Positions 44,031-53,417 of a stretch of DNA of 53,714 bases are shown piece after piece (position 1 is the first letter of the stretch; the number at the start of each line of letters is the position of its first letter). The translations under genes and the position numbers were made by a program. Under the pieces are notes generated by a model. That model was not told the DNA's origin and ran no database searches. It saw only the letters and a list, made by a program, of their open reading frames with translations. This DNA comes from a virus (Duplodnaviria > Caudoviricetes): IMG/VR virus record IMGVR_UViG_3300033182_000063, positions 1-53,714 of that record; one strand, written 5' to 3'.

Positions 44031-45445
44031 TGTCTCATCAGATTGATTTCGAGGTTATTGAAAGCCTCGACGAGTTTTACTACTCAGAAAAGTTCATCGC
44101 ACTGGCGGTTGGACCGGTAGGTTCGACGAAGACGACAGCCGGTATCATGAAAATCCTGTATCACGCGGCTAACATGGCTCCGTGTAAAGATGGAAAACGC
44201 AGGTCTCGCGCCATTTGGGTACGTAACACCCGAGAGCAGTTGCGAGACACATCCATACCGGACTTCATGAAGTGGATACCTGACGGGGTTATGGGCTCGT
44301 TCCTGAAGACCGAGTACAAATTCGTCATATCCGTTGGAGACATCGAGTGCGAAGTCCTGTTCCGTGGTCTGGATGACGCCAACGACGTAAGGCGACTGTT
44401 GTCGCTACAGGCGAGTTTCTTCATATTTGACGAGTTTCGTGAGATTCACCCTGACATATTTAACGCGGCGCAGGGTCGTCTGGGTCGTTATCCCGACAAA
44501 ATGATGAACGGGGTGGGTTGTGTCACTGATGACGGGAAGTCGAACGCGCACCTGTGGGGTATGACAAACCCGCCGGACCAAGATACGTTCTGGGAAGAGC
44601 TGTTAAGCGATCCTCCAGATAACGTGCATGTGACGATACAGCCCAGTGGCTTGTCACCGGAGGCGGACTGGACGAGGTTCCTGCCGGATGACTACTACGA
44701 CAACCTAGCTCAGGGTAAAACTGAGGACTGGATAAGTGTGTACATACACGCCGAGTTTGGTAAAAGTCTGTCAGGCCAGCCGGTGTTTAAGTCGTTCGAT
44801 AGGACGGCGCACACCTCGAAGGAAGAGATAACGCCGATGTTCAGCGATGACCCGCTGTTGATCGGGATAGACGCCGGTCTGACGCCGGCAGCTGTGATAG
44901 GACAGGTAGCGTATGATGGACGTCTTGTTATTTACGATGCTCTCATTTCTGATGGGATGGGTGCTCTACGATTTGTTCGGGAGAGACTGAAACCTCTACT
45001 GGCTAACAAGTTCCCGGGTAGGCGCTCGCAGGTGATAATCGACCCGGCAGCGTTCCAGCGGGTGCAGACCGATGAGCGGACAGTTGCAGACATATATAAA
45101 GCTGAGGGGTTCTCGATAAAACCCGCTAGGTCTAACGCGATCGCGGCGCGTCTCGCTGCGGTTGAGAAATTTATGACGCGAGTTGTAGATGGGAAATACG
45201 GACTGGTTGTGGATGGGGTTAGTGCGAACAGCCTAGTCCAAGCACTGGCTGGTAAGTACCGATACAAAATAAATACAAAAGGGGTTAAGGACGAGAAACC
45301 TGAGAAATCTCACCCTTGGTCCGACATAGCTGACGCGTTCCAGTACCTGTGTCTCCATGCAGATGGAGGAGAGGTATTTGGCAGTCACATGATGGCAGGC
45401 GAGCGCAGGGAAGTGAAAAAAGTTGCAGCTGGTGGCTGGACTTAA
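44030..45445 (+). CDS. terL: Terminase large subunit
   Basis: GPVGSTKT, VRNT, IFDE, MTNPP; nuclease GIDAG, IDPA, SDIADAFQY. Confidence 0.93.
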   Translation: MSHQIDFEVIESLDEFYYSEKFIALAVGPVGSTKTTAGIMKILYHAANMAPCKDGKRRSRAIWVRNTREQLRDTSIPDFMKWIPDGVMGSFLKTEYKFVISVGDIECEVLFRGLDDANDVRRLLSLQASFFIFDEFREIHPDIFNAAQGRLGRYPDKMMNGVGCVTDDGKSNAHLWGMTNPPDQDTFWEELLSDPPDNVHVTIQPSGLSPEADWTRFLPDDYYDNLAQGKTEDWISVYIHAEFGKSLSGQPVFKSFDRTAHTSKEEITPMFSDDPLLIGIDAGLTPAAVIGQVAYDGRLVIYDALISDGMGALRFVRERLKPLLANKFPGRRSQVIIDPAAFQRVQTDERTVADIYKAEGFSIKPARSNAIAARLAAVEKFMTRVVDGKYGLVVDGVSANSLVQALAGKYRYKINTKGVKDEKPEKSHPWSDIADAFQYLCLHADGGEVFGSHMMAGERREVKKVAAGGWT

Positions 45446-45478
45446 CGTGTTGACACGTTAACATGTAGTTGCTAATTT
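45440..45478 (+). promoter_or_regulatory. Sigma70 promoter embedded in an octamer array (portal)
   Basis: TTGACA(45450)-N17-TAATTT; ACTTAACG TGTTGACA CGTTAACA. Confidence 0.65.
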
Positions 45479-45508
45479 TCGATTAACATACCATCAGAGT
45501 ACTTAAAT

Positions 45509-47536
45509 ATGGCTTACGGCCCAGCTCTTATACCGGTAGCACGAGCCTCCGACCTTGAGGCTGCGGCTAAGCGTGCGTCTGACGAGAAGCAGAAAACCCA
45601 GCTGATCCAAGGACTGGCGTCCCACGTTCGTAAACGTTGGGAAGTTATGCGCGATCACAAACGTGACCATATTGAGGACCGCCTGTCTGAATGCTTACGT
45701 GCTCGTAACATGGAGTACGACCCGCAGAAACTTGCGGAGATAAAAGAGCAGGGTGGCTCAGAGATTTACATGGGTATCGTTAGTTCTAAATGTAGAACGG
45801 CTACAGCGTGGTTACGCGATACTCTACTGGGTACCGGGGAAGATAAGCCTTGGTCAATTTCACCGACTCCTATTCCAGACATCCCACCGGATGTAGCGAT
45901 GAAAATGCAGCGGATATTGCAGCAGAACTTGCAGCAGTGGTACGCGCAGGGCGGTGAGCAGCTAGACCAACAAACTCTTAAGGAGTTAATGGCTGGCATG
46001 AAAGATACCGCCATGCGGGAGTTGAAACACGAGGCTGAGAAGCGTGTTGACCGCATGGAGAAAAAGATGGAAGACCAGCTCATTGAGGGCGGCTTCATCA
46101 AAGCTCTGTTTGAATTTACAAACGATGTGGCTACTTTCCCGTACGCAGTGATGAAAGGCCCGATCCCACGTAAACGCAAGACGTTACAGTGGGCTGATGG
46201 TGGTCTCGTACCAACTGAGACGCTGCGCGACGAGTGGGAAAGGGTCGACCCGTATAAGTTCTATTGGGCACCGTGGGGCGATGACATACAGAGTATGCCG
46301 GTCGTAGAAATTCATCACTTAACTCGTGAAGACGTTGAGGCGATGATCGGTGTCGAAGGATACGATGAGGACGCGCTGCGTTCTATCCTTGCAGATTTTG
46401 GCTGTGGTGGCTCTAGTTGGTTGGACCTAGATGACGATGACCACGAGGACATTACTGATGTCGACTGGGATGAGTCTAAAGATGACATCGTCTCTGCGAT
46501 TCAGTTGTGGGATTCGGTCCCGGGTAAACTGTTAATAGATTGGGGGCTGGACGAAGCAGAGATCGACGATCCTCAGATGTCTTACCCTTGCGAAGTTTGG
46601 ATGATAAACAACATGGTGGTTAAAGCCGTGTTGAACTACGACCCGCTTGGTCGTAAGCCATATTTCCTAACATCGTTCGAGAAAGTACCGGGTCGTATCG
46701 ACGGTAACGGCGTTGCAGACCTGTGTATTGACGCGCAGAACATGTGTAACGCGGCGGCTCGTGCGCTAGCTAACAACATGGGTATCTCAAGTGGTCCTCA
46801 GGTAGGAGTAAACGTAAGTCGTTTGCCGGCTGGTGAAGACATTACTCAGATGTACCCTTGGAAGATTTGGCAGTTCCAGCAGTCTGAGTACGGCGATGCG
46901 TCTCCTCCGATTTCGTTCTTTCAACCTAATTCAAATGCACAAGAGCTTATGGGTGTGTTCGATAAGTTCATGGCGCTAGCTGATGAAGTGTCGGGTATCC
47001 CACGTTATATGACTGGTCAGCACGTACCGGGCGCAGGTCGTACCTCGTCAGGTCTGTCTATGTTGATCTCGAACGCCGGTAAGTCGATCAAACAGGTAAT
47101 TGGTAACATCGACCATGATGTTATGACGCCGATGCTTGAGCGTCAGTACCAGAGAAACCTACGTTATTCACAAGACCCGGATTTAATTGGCGATGTACAA
47201 ATTGTTGCACGCGGCGCGATGTCACTTGTGGTCAAAGAAGCCGAAGCTGTACGTAAGACTGAGTTCCTACGTCTGGTATTGGAAAGCCCTGTGGCGCAGC
47301 AGATTGTTGGCTTACCGGGTACGGCTGAACTCATGCGCGATTTGGCAAGTAACCTCAACACTAACATCGACCGTTTGGTGCCTAGTAGAGAAGATGTTGA
47401 AAAGCAGCAAGCTATGGCCCAACAGCAGATGATGATGCAGCAGCAGATGCAAGCTGAAGCTCAGCTGCAAGAAGACGGGACTGAGATGGGTGGTCGCCAA
47501 GACAATTACATGAGTCCGAAACCAAACGGGCGTTAA
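45509..47536 (+). CDS. Portal protein
   Basis: 675 aa after terL; GIPRYMTG..RTSSGLSML; Gln-rich C-terminus. Confidence 0.88.
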   Translation: MAYGPALIPVARASDLEAAAKRASDEKQKTQLIQGLASHVRKRWEVMRDHKRDHIEDRLSECLRARNMEYDPQKLAEIKEQGGSEIYMGIVSSKCRTATAWLRDTLLGTGEDKPWSISPTPIPDIPPDVAMKMQRILQQNLQQWYAQGGEQLDQQTLKELMAGMKDTAMRELKHEAEKRVDRMEKKMEDQLIEGGFIKALFEFTNDVATFPYAVMKGPIPRKRKTLQWADGGLVPTETLRDEWERVDPYKFYWAPWGDDIQSMPVVEIHHLTREDVEAMIGVEGYDEDALRSILADFGCGGSSWLDLDDDDHEDITDVDWDESKDDIVSAIQLWDSVPGKLLIDWGLDEAEIDDPQMSYPCEVWMINNMVVKAVLNYDPLGRKPYFLTSFEKVPGRIDGNGVADLCIDAQNMCNAAARALANNMGISSGPQVGVNVSRLPAGEDITQMYPWKIWQFQQSEYGDASPPISFFQPNSNAQELMGVFDKFMALADEVSGIPRYMTGQHVPGAGRTSSGLSMLISNAGKSIKQVIGNIDHDVMTPMLERQYQRNLRYSQDPDLIGDVQIVARGAMSLVVKEAEAVRKTEFLRLVLESPVAQQIVGLPGTAELMRDLASNLNTNIDRLVPSREDVEKQQAMAQQQMMMQQQMQAEAQLQEDGTEMGGRQDNYMSPKPNGR

Positions 47537-47562
47537 CGTGTGTACACGTTGACACGTTAACA
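47531..47562. promoter_or_regulatory. Four-unit tandem octamer array
   Basis: CGTTAACG TGTGTACA CGTTGACA CGTTAACA followed by TATGAT. Confidence 0.7.
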
Positions 47563-47578
47563 GGTATGATATACATAT

Positions 47579-47803
47579 ATGATTAACCTCAATACTGTTG
47601 ATAACCAAGCAATCAGAGCCTTAATCAGGTTAAGAGAGCCGGGCAATGAAGCATTATTGAAGTTGATAGAGTCTCAGGTAGCTGAGACAAAGCAGAAACT
47701 CGTAAAGGCAGACGACATGGTAGTAATCCACCGTTTGCAGGGACGAGCGGAAGCATTTGAAGACCTAATCAAGGCCGTCGAAGACGCCCGAAAGTTAGGA
47801 TAA
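47579..47803 (+). CDS. Small conserved protein between portal and scaffold
   Basis: HRLQGRA motif; typical podoviral position. Confidence 0.75.
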   Translation: MINLNTVDNQAIRALIRLREPGNEALLKLIESQVAETKQKLVKADDMVVIHRLQGRAEAFEDLIKAVEDARKLG

Positions 47804-47878
47804 ACCGAAGCACACCATAACGGGAACGGCATACCGATCGGACGCTGTGAACAGAGTTGGTGCTTTAAGGAGAAAAGA

Positions 47879-48859
47879 ATGGCATTGCCAAAACAGGTGC
47901 AAGCTCAGATTGCAGAAACCGAAGCGTTAGAGAAACATTTAGCGGCCCAAATCGAAGGTAAGGCTGAAAAGCCTGAGAAAGTAGAGGCGGATACACAAGA
48001 TGAAGTACAAGACGAAGAGGTAGAAGCGAAAGCCGAACCTGAGGAAGCGAAGCCGGCTGACGAAGCTCCGAAGCCCGTCGAAGACGATTTCAAGCAGAAG
48101 TACAGCACTCTACGGGGTAAGTACGACGCAGAAGTCCCTCGCTTGCATAGCCAAGTGAAGGAGCTGACTGAAAAGCTGAACGCTATCCAGAAGGAAGCAG
48201 AAGCTCGTAAGAAAGCAGAGTCTGAGAAGCCTAAAGAGAAAGTCAGTTTAGTAACCGATGCCGATCGAGAAGAGTTCGGCGAGGAACTGATCGACGTCCA
48301 ACGTCGCATTGCGAAAGAAGTAGCCTCTGAGTATGAGGATCGCTTCGAGAAGCAGGAAGCCATTATCAAGGCGTTGCAAGACAAACTTGATAACACTGGC
48401 AACCAAGTTGGCGAAATGAGCTTTAGTCAGAAATTGCATCAGCTAGTTCCTGACTTTGAGCAGATCGACAGCGACGAACGTTGGGTTGAGTGGTTAAACG
48501 GATACGATCCAATGATCCGTGGTCCACGACGCGATCAAGCCCAGATTGCCTTTAACAACGGCGATGCTGAGGCAGTAGCGCATTATGTGAAACTGTTTAA
48601 AGACAGCATCAAACCGGCGGAAGAGCCAGTTAGGGATACTCGTCAAGCTGAGCTTGAAAAGCAGGTTGCGCCGAATCGTACTGCTAACACTACGAAGACG
48701 CAGAGTGCGGGTAAGGACGCCAAAGTATATTCAGCTCGAGAAGTTGAAGCCGTTTGGAACAAAATTCGCACCCTGAATACCCGTGGTAAGTACGCTGACG
48801 CCGAGAAACTTGAAGCTGACATAACAGCTGCATACATTGAAGGTCGAGTTCGCGCTTAA
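47879..48859 (+). CDS. Capsid scaffolding protein
   Basis: Acidic coiled coil, KYSTLRGKY, C-terminal AYIEGRV; directly before the capsid gene. Confidence 0.8.
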   Translation: MALPKQVQAQIAETEALEKHLAAQIEGKAEKPEKVEADTQDEVQDEEVEAKAEPEEAKPADEAPKPVEDDFKQKYSTLRGKYDAEVPRLHSQVKELTEKLNAIQKEAEARKKAESEKPKEKVSLVTDADREEFGEELIDVQRRIAKEVASEYEDRFEKQEAIIKALQDKLDNTGNQVGEMSFSQKLHQLVPDFEQIDSDERWVEWLNGYDPMIRGPRRDQAQIAFNNGDAEAVAHYVKLFKDSIKPAEEPVRDTRQAELEKQVAPNRTANTTKTQSAGKDAKVYSAREVEAVWNKIRTLNTRGKYADAEKLEADITAAYIEGRVRA

Positions 48860-48877
48860 CCTGTTAACGTGTAAGCA
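48854..48877. promoter_or_regulatory. Octamer array upstream of the major capsid gene
   Basis: GCTTAACC TGTTAACG TGTAAGCA; an additional TGTTAACT at 48894. Confidence 0.55.
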
Positions 48878-48923
48878 GTCGTTATACTAACTTTGTTAAC
48901 TATAGCTATTTAGGAGAACGAAA

Positions 48924-49931
48924 ATGGCTGCTGTATTCCCTGTCGTGGGTTCTGGTGCATTTGACACCACCCCATCTTACTCTGGCGGTTTTATCCCGCA
49001 GTTGTGGTCGAACAAGCTCAACGCTAAGTTCTACGCAAACACCATGCTTTCTGAAATCTCTAACACAGATTGGGAAGGCGAAATCAAAAACCAAGGCGAT
49101 ACCATTCGTATCCGTACCGCACCTTCAATCACTATCAATGATTATGCTGGTGCTGGCACTACTTTGTCATCACAAGTACCTGCTCCTGTGTTCTTGGACA
49201 TGCAGATCAACAAGGGTAAGTACTTCAGTGTTCAAGTAAACGATGTATTGGCTCACCAGTCAGACATGGACTTGATGAACATGTTTACTGACGACGCTGC
49301 TAAGCAGTTGAAGATCAACATCGAAAACGAGTGTTTCTTTAACTGGTTCGTTACCGAAGGTGCAGACGCAGACAACAAAGGTGCATCAGCAGGTGCATTG
49401 TCAGCTGAGTACAACTTGGGTACTGACGCAGCTCCAATCGTTCAAACTACTCCTCGCAACGTACTTGACGCAATCTTGCGTATGTCTGCTGCGTTGGACG
49501 AGCAGAACGTTCCTGAAGAAGGCCGTTGGTTGATCTTGTCACCATACGAGCGTCAGTTGCTCATGCAAACTGAAATCGCTCAGGCGTACTTCACTGGCGA
49601 TAACTCAAGCACCATCCGTACCGGTAAGATCGGCATGTTGGATCGCTTTGAAGTTTACGTATCTAACCTCCTGCCTAAGGGTGCAGCGGGCAAAGCTCTG
49701 GTTTCAGGTCTTGACGCTACATCTGGCGGCGCATCTGCTACCGGCGCGAAAGCTCGTCGTATGATGGTTGCAGGTACTAAGCACGCATGTGCTTTTGCTT
49801 CGCAAATCAGCAAGACTGAGCCTTTGCGTAACCAGACTGACTTCGGCGACATCGTTCGCGGCTTGGCAGTTTACGGTCGTAAGGTTGTTAAGTCTGAAGC
49901 ATTGGTTACCGCTCTCGTAGGCGAGGCGTAA
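48924..49931 (+). CDS. Major capsid protein
   Basis: FIPQLWS, WEGEIKNQGDTIRI, LDEQNVPEEGRW, GLAVYGRKV; strong codon bias; strong RBS; followed by a terminator. Confidence 0.92.
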   Translation: MAAVFPVVGSGAFDTTPSYSGGFIPQLWSNKLNAKFYANTMLSEISNTDWEGEIKNQGDTIRIRTAPSITINDYAGAGTTLSSQVPAPVFLDMQINKGKYFSVQVNDVLAHQSDMDLMNMFTDDAAKQLKINIENECFFNWFVTEGADADNKGASAGALSAEYNLGTDAAPIVQTTPRNVLDAILRMSAALDEQNVPEEGRWLILSPYERQLLMQTEIAQAYFTGDNSSTIRTGKIGMLDRFEVYVSNLLPKGAAGKALVSGLDATSGGASATGAKARRMMVAGTKHACAFASQISKTEPLRNQTDFGDIVRGLAVYGRKVVKSEALVTALVGEA

Positions 49932-49944
49932 TCTAAGCTAGGTC

Positions 49945-49970
49945 GGAGGGGGGCAACCCCCTCCTTCTTT
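49945..49970 (+). terminator. Terminator after the capsid gene
   Basis: GGAGGGGG-GCAA-CCCCCTCC-TTCTTT. Confidence 0.8.
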
Positions 49971-49984
49971 AAGGAGGTAAGGCT

Positions 49985-50182
49985 ATGGATGCTTATGAAT
50001 TAGCAACCAAGTTAGGTGGTGAAGTCACTAACGGCGAAGCTCGCGTACGAATCGACGGCTCTTGGGTAACCTTGGCTGTAGATGGTGAGTTAACTGAAGA
50101 AGGACAAGCTCAAGCTGCGAAGCTAGCTAAACCAGCACCTAAAAAGAAAGCCGCTACCAAGAAATCTACTGATTCCGAGTAA
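49985..50182 (+). CDS. Small hypothetical protein
   Basis: AAGGAGGT RBS; Lys/Ala-rich tail. Confidence 0.75.
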   Translation: MDAYELATKLGGEVTNGEARVRIDGSWVTLAVDGELTEEGQAQAAKLAKPAPKKKAATKKSTDSE

Positions 50183-50193
50183 GGGGGCAAGCA

Positions 50194-50883
50194 ATGTCTA
50201 CCGTTAAGGTCATCGACGTTATCCGACGGGTCGAAGACGTGCTGCAAGACAGCAATATCCGTTGGCCCCGTATTGAGCTTCAGAACTGGCTGAACGAGTC
50301 GTATCTTGCGATCACTCTCGCTCGACCAGACGCCAACGCTAAGTCAGGTACTTTTACGTGCGCCGCAGGTACACGTCAGGTTTTGACAACAGAGTTTGGC
50401 TCAGCACTACGTCTACTAGACGTAACGCGTAATATGGCAGCTACATCAGCAAAGAAGGTTGTTCGCCTTGTTGCTCGTAGTGTTCTCGATGACCAACGTC
50501 CGGGGTGGCACGCTGAAACCGGTACTGTGGACATTCAGCACTTTATGTATGACCCTCGCCAACCTAAAGAATTTTTTGTGTACCCACCTGCAACGACTTC
50601 TGCGCAGCTTGAAGTGGTGTACACAGACTCTCCGGGTGCGCACAGCTTAGCTGAAGGCGACCTAGACCCAGATGGCTCAAACACTGAAGTCATCAAACTA
50701 GACGATATTTATCTGTCGCCAATGATCGACTGGGTGCTCTACCGTGCTTACTCTAAGGACGCTGAGTACGGTGCTAACGAGGCACGCGCTCAGGCGGCAT
50801 ACGCTGCGTTTAACGCTGCGATTGGCACTAAGAACGCAGTCGACGCTGCGACGTCTCCTACTAACATGAGTTCGGTGACCTGA
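50194..50883 (+). CDS. Head-tail adaptor protein (DUF6682-like)
   Basis: LQD..RW..EL..WLN..RPDA, FFVYPP, LYRAYSKDAE. Confidence 0.75.
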   Translation: MSTVKVIDVIRRVEDVLQDSNIRWPRIELQNWLNESYLAITLARPDANAKSGTFTCAAGTRQVLTTEFGSALRLLDVTRNMAATSAKKVVRLVARSVLDDQRPGWHAETGTVDIQHFMYDPRQPKEFFVYPPATTSAQLEVVYTDSPGAHSLAEGDLDPDGSNTEVIKLDDIYLSPMIDWVLYRAYSKDAEYGANEARAQAAYAAFNAAIGTKNAVDAATSPTNMSSVT

Positions 50884-50884
50884 T

Positions 50885-51523
50885 ATGGCAGTAACGTGGG
50901 CTAGCTTTTATCCTTATGTGCAGCCCCACGTACCGGGCTGCCCTGAGATCGTTGTAGAAACGCATTTACAGGAAGCTGCGGCTGAGTTCTGCGCAGTGAG
51001 CCAAATATGGCGCTACGACATCGACAAGGACTACACTAGTAAGAACACGTCTGACTACGAAGTCGAGGTGCTTACAAACACGGTTCTTGAAGACATTTTA
51101 GTGATGTATTTGGACGGGCAACCGCTGAAGCGTGTGTCTGACGGTCACTACGATTTACCGAGCACTGTCGGCACGTCTCGTCCGATGTCTTTTAGTATTT
51201 ACCAAGACGAGCAGATTAGGTTCTTCCCAACGCCTGACGGCAAATACGAGTTCGAGGGCGTAGCCGTTCTCAAGCCAAGTCTGTCAGCAACGGGTGTGGA
51301 AGACTTTATCTTCGAGACACACGGTCGCTCAATCGCCTGTGGCGCGATTTCTAAACTTGCTGCCATTCCCGGCAAAGAGTGGACTAACCCTGAGCTTGCT
51401 GCCTACTACAAGGCGGAGTTCTACAAGCACGCTAACGATGCGAAAGGTCGGGATACACGCCGCGTTAACCTAAAGGTTAAAATGGTGGGGTTCGACCGTA
51501 CGACATCACGTAGGGGGCTGTAA
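50885..51523 (+). CDS. Adaptor / tail tubular protein A-like
   Basis: VPGCP..AAAEFC..IWR, PGKEWTNP; position. Confidence 0.65.
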   Translation: MAVTWASFYPYVQPHVPGCPEIVVETHLQEAAAEFCAVSQIWRYDIDKDYTSKNTSDYEVEVLTNTVLEDILVMYLDGQPLKRVSDGHYDLPSTVGTSRPMSFSIYQDEQIRFFPTPDGKYEFEGVAVLKPSLSATGVEDFIFETHGRSIACGAISKLAAIPGKEWTNPELAAYYKAEFYKHANDAKGRDTRRVNLKVKMVGFDRTTSRRGL

Positions 51524-51858
51524 TGGCGAATATCTTTAAATACGTACAGGGTGATACCGGCCCTCAAATTCGTGTGACATTGACCAACGAGGATGACTCT
51601 GCGCCAGTAGACTTGGCGGGTGCGACAGTAACCCTTCACTTCCGTGAAGCCGGTGCTGAATCTGTACTGTTCTCTCGTCAGTTCTTTATCAACCCTGACA
51701 CGGCGGCTGAAGGCGTAGCTGTGCTCGAGTGGCAGACCGGTGACCTTGAAGTGGACGCCGGAACCTACGAAGGCGAGATCGAGGTTGTTCGATCTAGCGG
51801 TATCCGTGAAACGTTATACGACAAGTTGAAGTTCAAAATCCGAGAGGACTTTGCATGA
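51523..51858 (+). CDS. BppU N-terminal-like domain protein
   Basis: QGDT..VDLAGATV..G.YEGEIEV. Confidence 0.7.
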   Translation: MANIFKYVQGDTGPQIRVTLTNEDDSAPVDLAGATVTLHFREAGAESVLFSRQFFINPDTAAEGVAVLEWQTGDLEVDAGTYEGEIEVVRSSGIRETLYDKLKFKIREDFA

Positions 51859-52922
51859 AACTTAAATCCGCCGAACTGGTTAATGCGTTACGAGCTGCCT
51901 TTAAGCAGCTAAACGTGATGACCCAGTCGTCGGTGAACATCGGTCAAACCGTGTTCAAAGCAGAGCAGGGTAACTTCCTCCTGTTCGCTAACTACTTCGA
52001 GGACGTCGTCGTTGACGACCAAGCGGGTGCTGAAGACGCGCTGCACTACCACTTATCGCGTGCGTTCAATATTGATAACCCAGAAGTCGCAGACCTTTAT
52101 GTGGCGGCATTCCAGAAACCATTTACTTCTGCGGGTGCGGTTACTGATAAAGACGTTATTCGCTTCATCAAGGGCGCTGTTGAAGAAGTTCTGTTCTCTG
52201 AAGACCTCTTTAGAGAGTTCTCTAAAACCTTAGCTGATACTGCTAGTGCGCAAGACCATGCTGCTGTATCGAGCGAAAAGGTAACAAGCGACACGGTTAA
52301 TCTGGCGGCGGACATCGACACTCTTGATGTAGGTAAAGCACTCTCTGAGGTTCCTGCGCTAACAGATGACTCTGTTTGGGCGTACGGTAAAATTGCGGAT
52401 GACACATCGACCCTCACTGATGGGATTGATACAGTCGATGTCGGAAAAGTATTTACAGACACTGTGGATGCTACAGATGACGTAGATGGCACAGCGTCAA
52501 TCTTGGATGACCAAGAGATGCAGTTCCGTAAGGTGACCACCCACACGGCGTCTCTGACAGACACGTTCTATCGACAGATTAGTTTTGTCCGTGAGTTTTC
52601 GGACGCTTCCGCGGTTTCTGACGTAATAGATACCGTAGGTTTCGGCAAGAACCTTGACGATTCTTGGTCTGTCACTGATAACACAAACTTGTTAACAAGT
52701 AAGCACATAAGTGATATACCTATTGCTACAGATACGTTGGCGAGATCGTTTGGGCGACCGCTTACGGACAGTTCTGCGTTGACTGACAACGACGTGTGGT
52801 CGTTTGGGAAGAGCGTAACAGATACAGCCTCGTCTACCGACGCGGGGTCTTTGAGGAGTCAGGGTTATTCTGATTTCACTTACTTTGGGGAAGATTTTGT
52901 CGGGGCTTCCAAAACGTTCTAG
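51855..52922 (+). CDS. Repeat-rich acidic tail/fibre protein
   Basis: ~19-20-aa repeats with FGK.L.D / D..S..D pattern. Confidence 0.7.
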   Translation: MKLKSAELVNALRAAFKQLNVMTQSSVNIGQTVFKAEQGNFLLFANYFEDVVVDDQAGAEDALHYHLSRAFNIDNPEVADLYVAAFQKPFTSAGAVTDKDVIRFIKGAVEEVLFSEDLFREFSKTLADTASAQDHAAVSSEKVTSDTVNLAADIDTLDVGKALSEVPALTDDSVWAYGKIADDTSTLTDGIDTVDVGKVFTDTVDATDDVDGTASILDDQEMQFRKVTTHTASLTDTFYRQISFVREFSDASAVSDVIDTVGFGKNLDDSWSVTDNTNLLTSKHISDIPIATDTLARSFGRPLTDSSALTDNDVWSFGKSVTDTASSTDAGSLRSQGYSDFTYFGEDFVGASKTF

Positions 52923-52931
52923 GAGATCGTT

Positions 52932-53390
52932 ATGATTAACGAAAACTTGAAGCTCTCCGGTCAGCTCAACATTGTCCTCAAGGATAAGGCCGGTAACATT
53001 AAAGACCAACGCGAAGTTAAGAACCTCGTTGTTTATTCAGGTCTAGCGTTCATCGCTTCTCGTATGACAGGTACTACTAAAGCCGTAATGTCACACATGG
53101 CATTGGGTTCAGGTACGACTGCACCTGCTGCGACTCAGACTGATCTTGTCTCGATGTTAGGTTCACGTGAAGCTCTCGACTCAACCACTATCTCAGGCAC
53201 TAACAACGAGAAAGTTGTTTACGTTTCATCGTTTGAAGCAGGTGATGCTACAGGCGCTGTAACTGAGGCAGGTATCTTCAATGCTGCAACTGGTGGCGAC
53301 ATGCTGTGTCGTACAAAATTTGATGTTGTTAACAAGGCTGCGGACGACACCATGTCCGTGACTTGGACCATCACGTTGAGTGCATCTTAA
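52932..53390 (+). CDS. Tail-fibre-associated structural protein
   Basis: NLVV..G, MALGSG, TEAGIFNA..GG.ML.R..F..VNK. Confidence 0.75.
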   Translation: MINENLKLSGQLNIVLKDKAGNIKDQREVKNLVVYSGLAFIASRMTGTTKAVMSHMALGSGTTAPAATQTDLVSMLGSREALDSTTISGTNNEKVVYVSSFEAGDATGAVTEAGIFNAATGGDMLCRTKFDVVNKAADDTMSVTWTITLSAS

Positions 53391-53417
53391 TCGGTAAATT
53401 AGTAGGGGCGTAATCTC

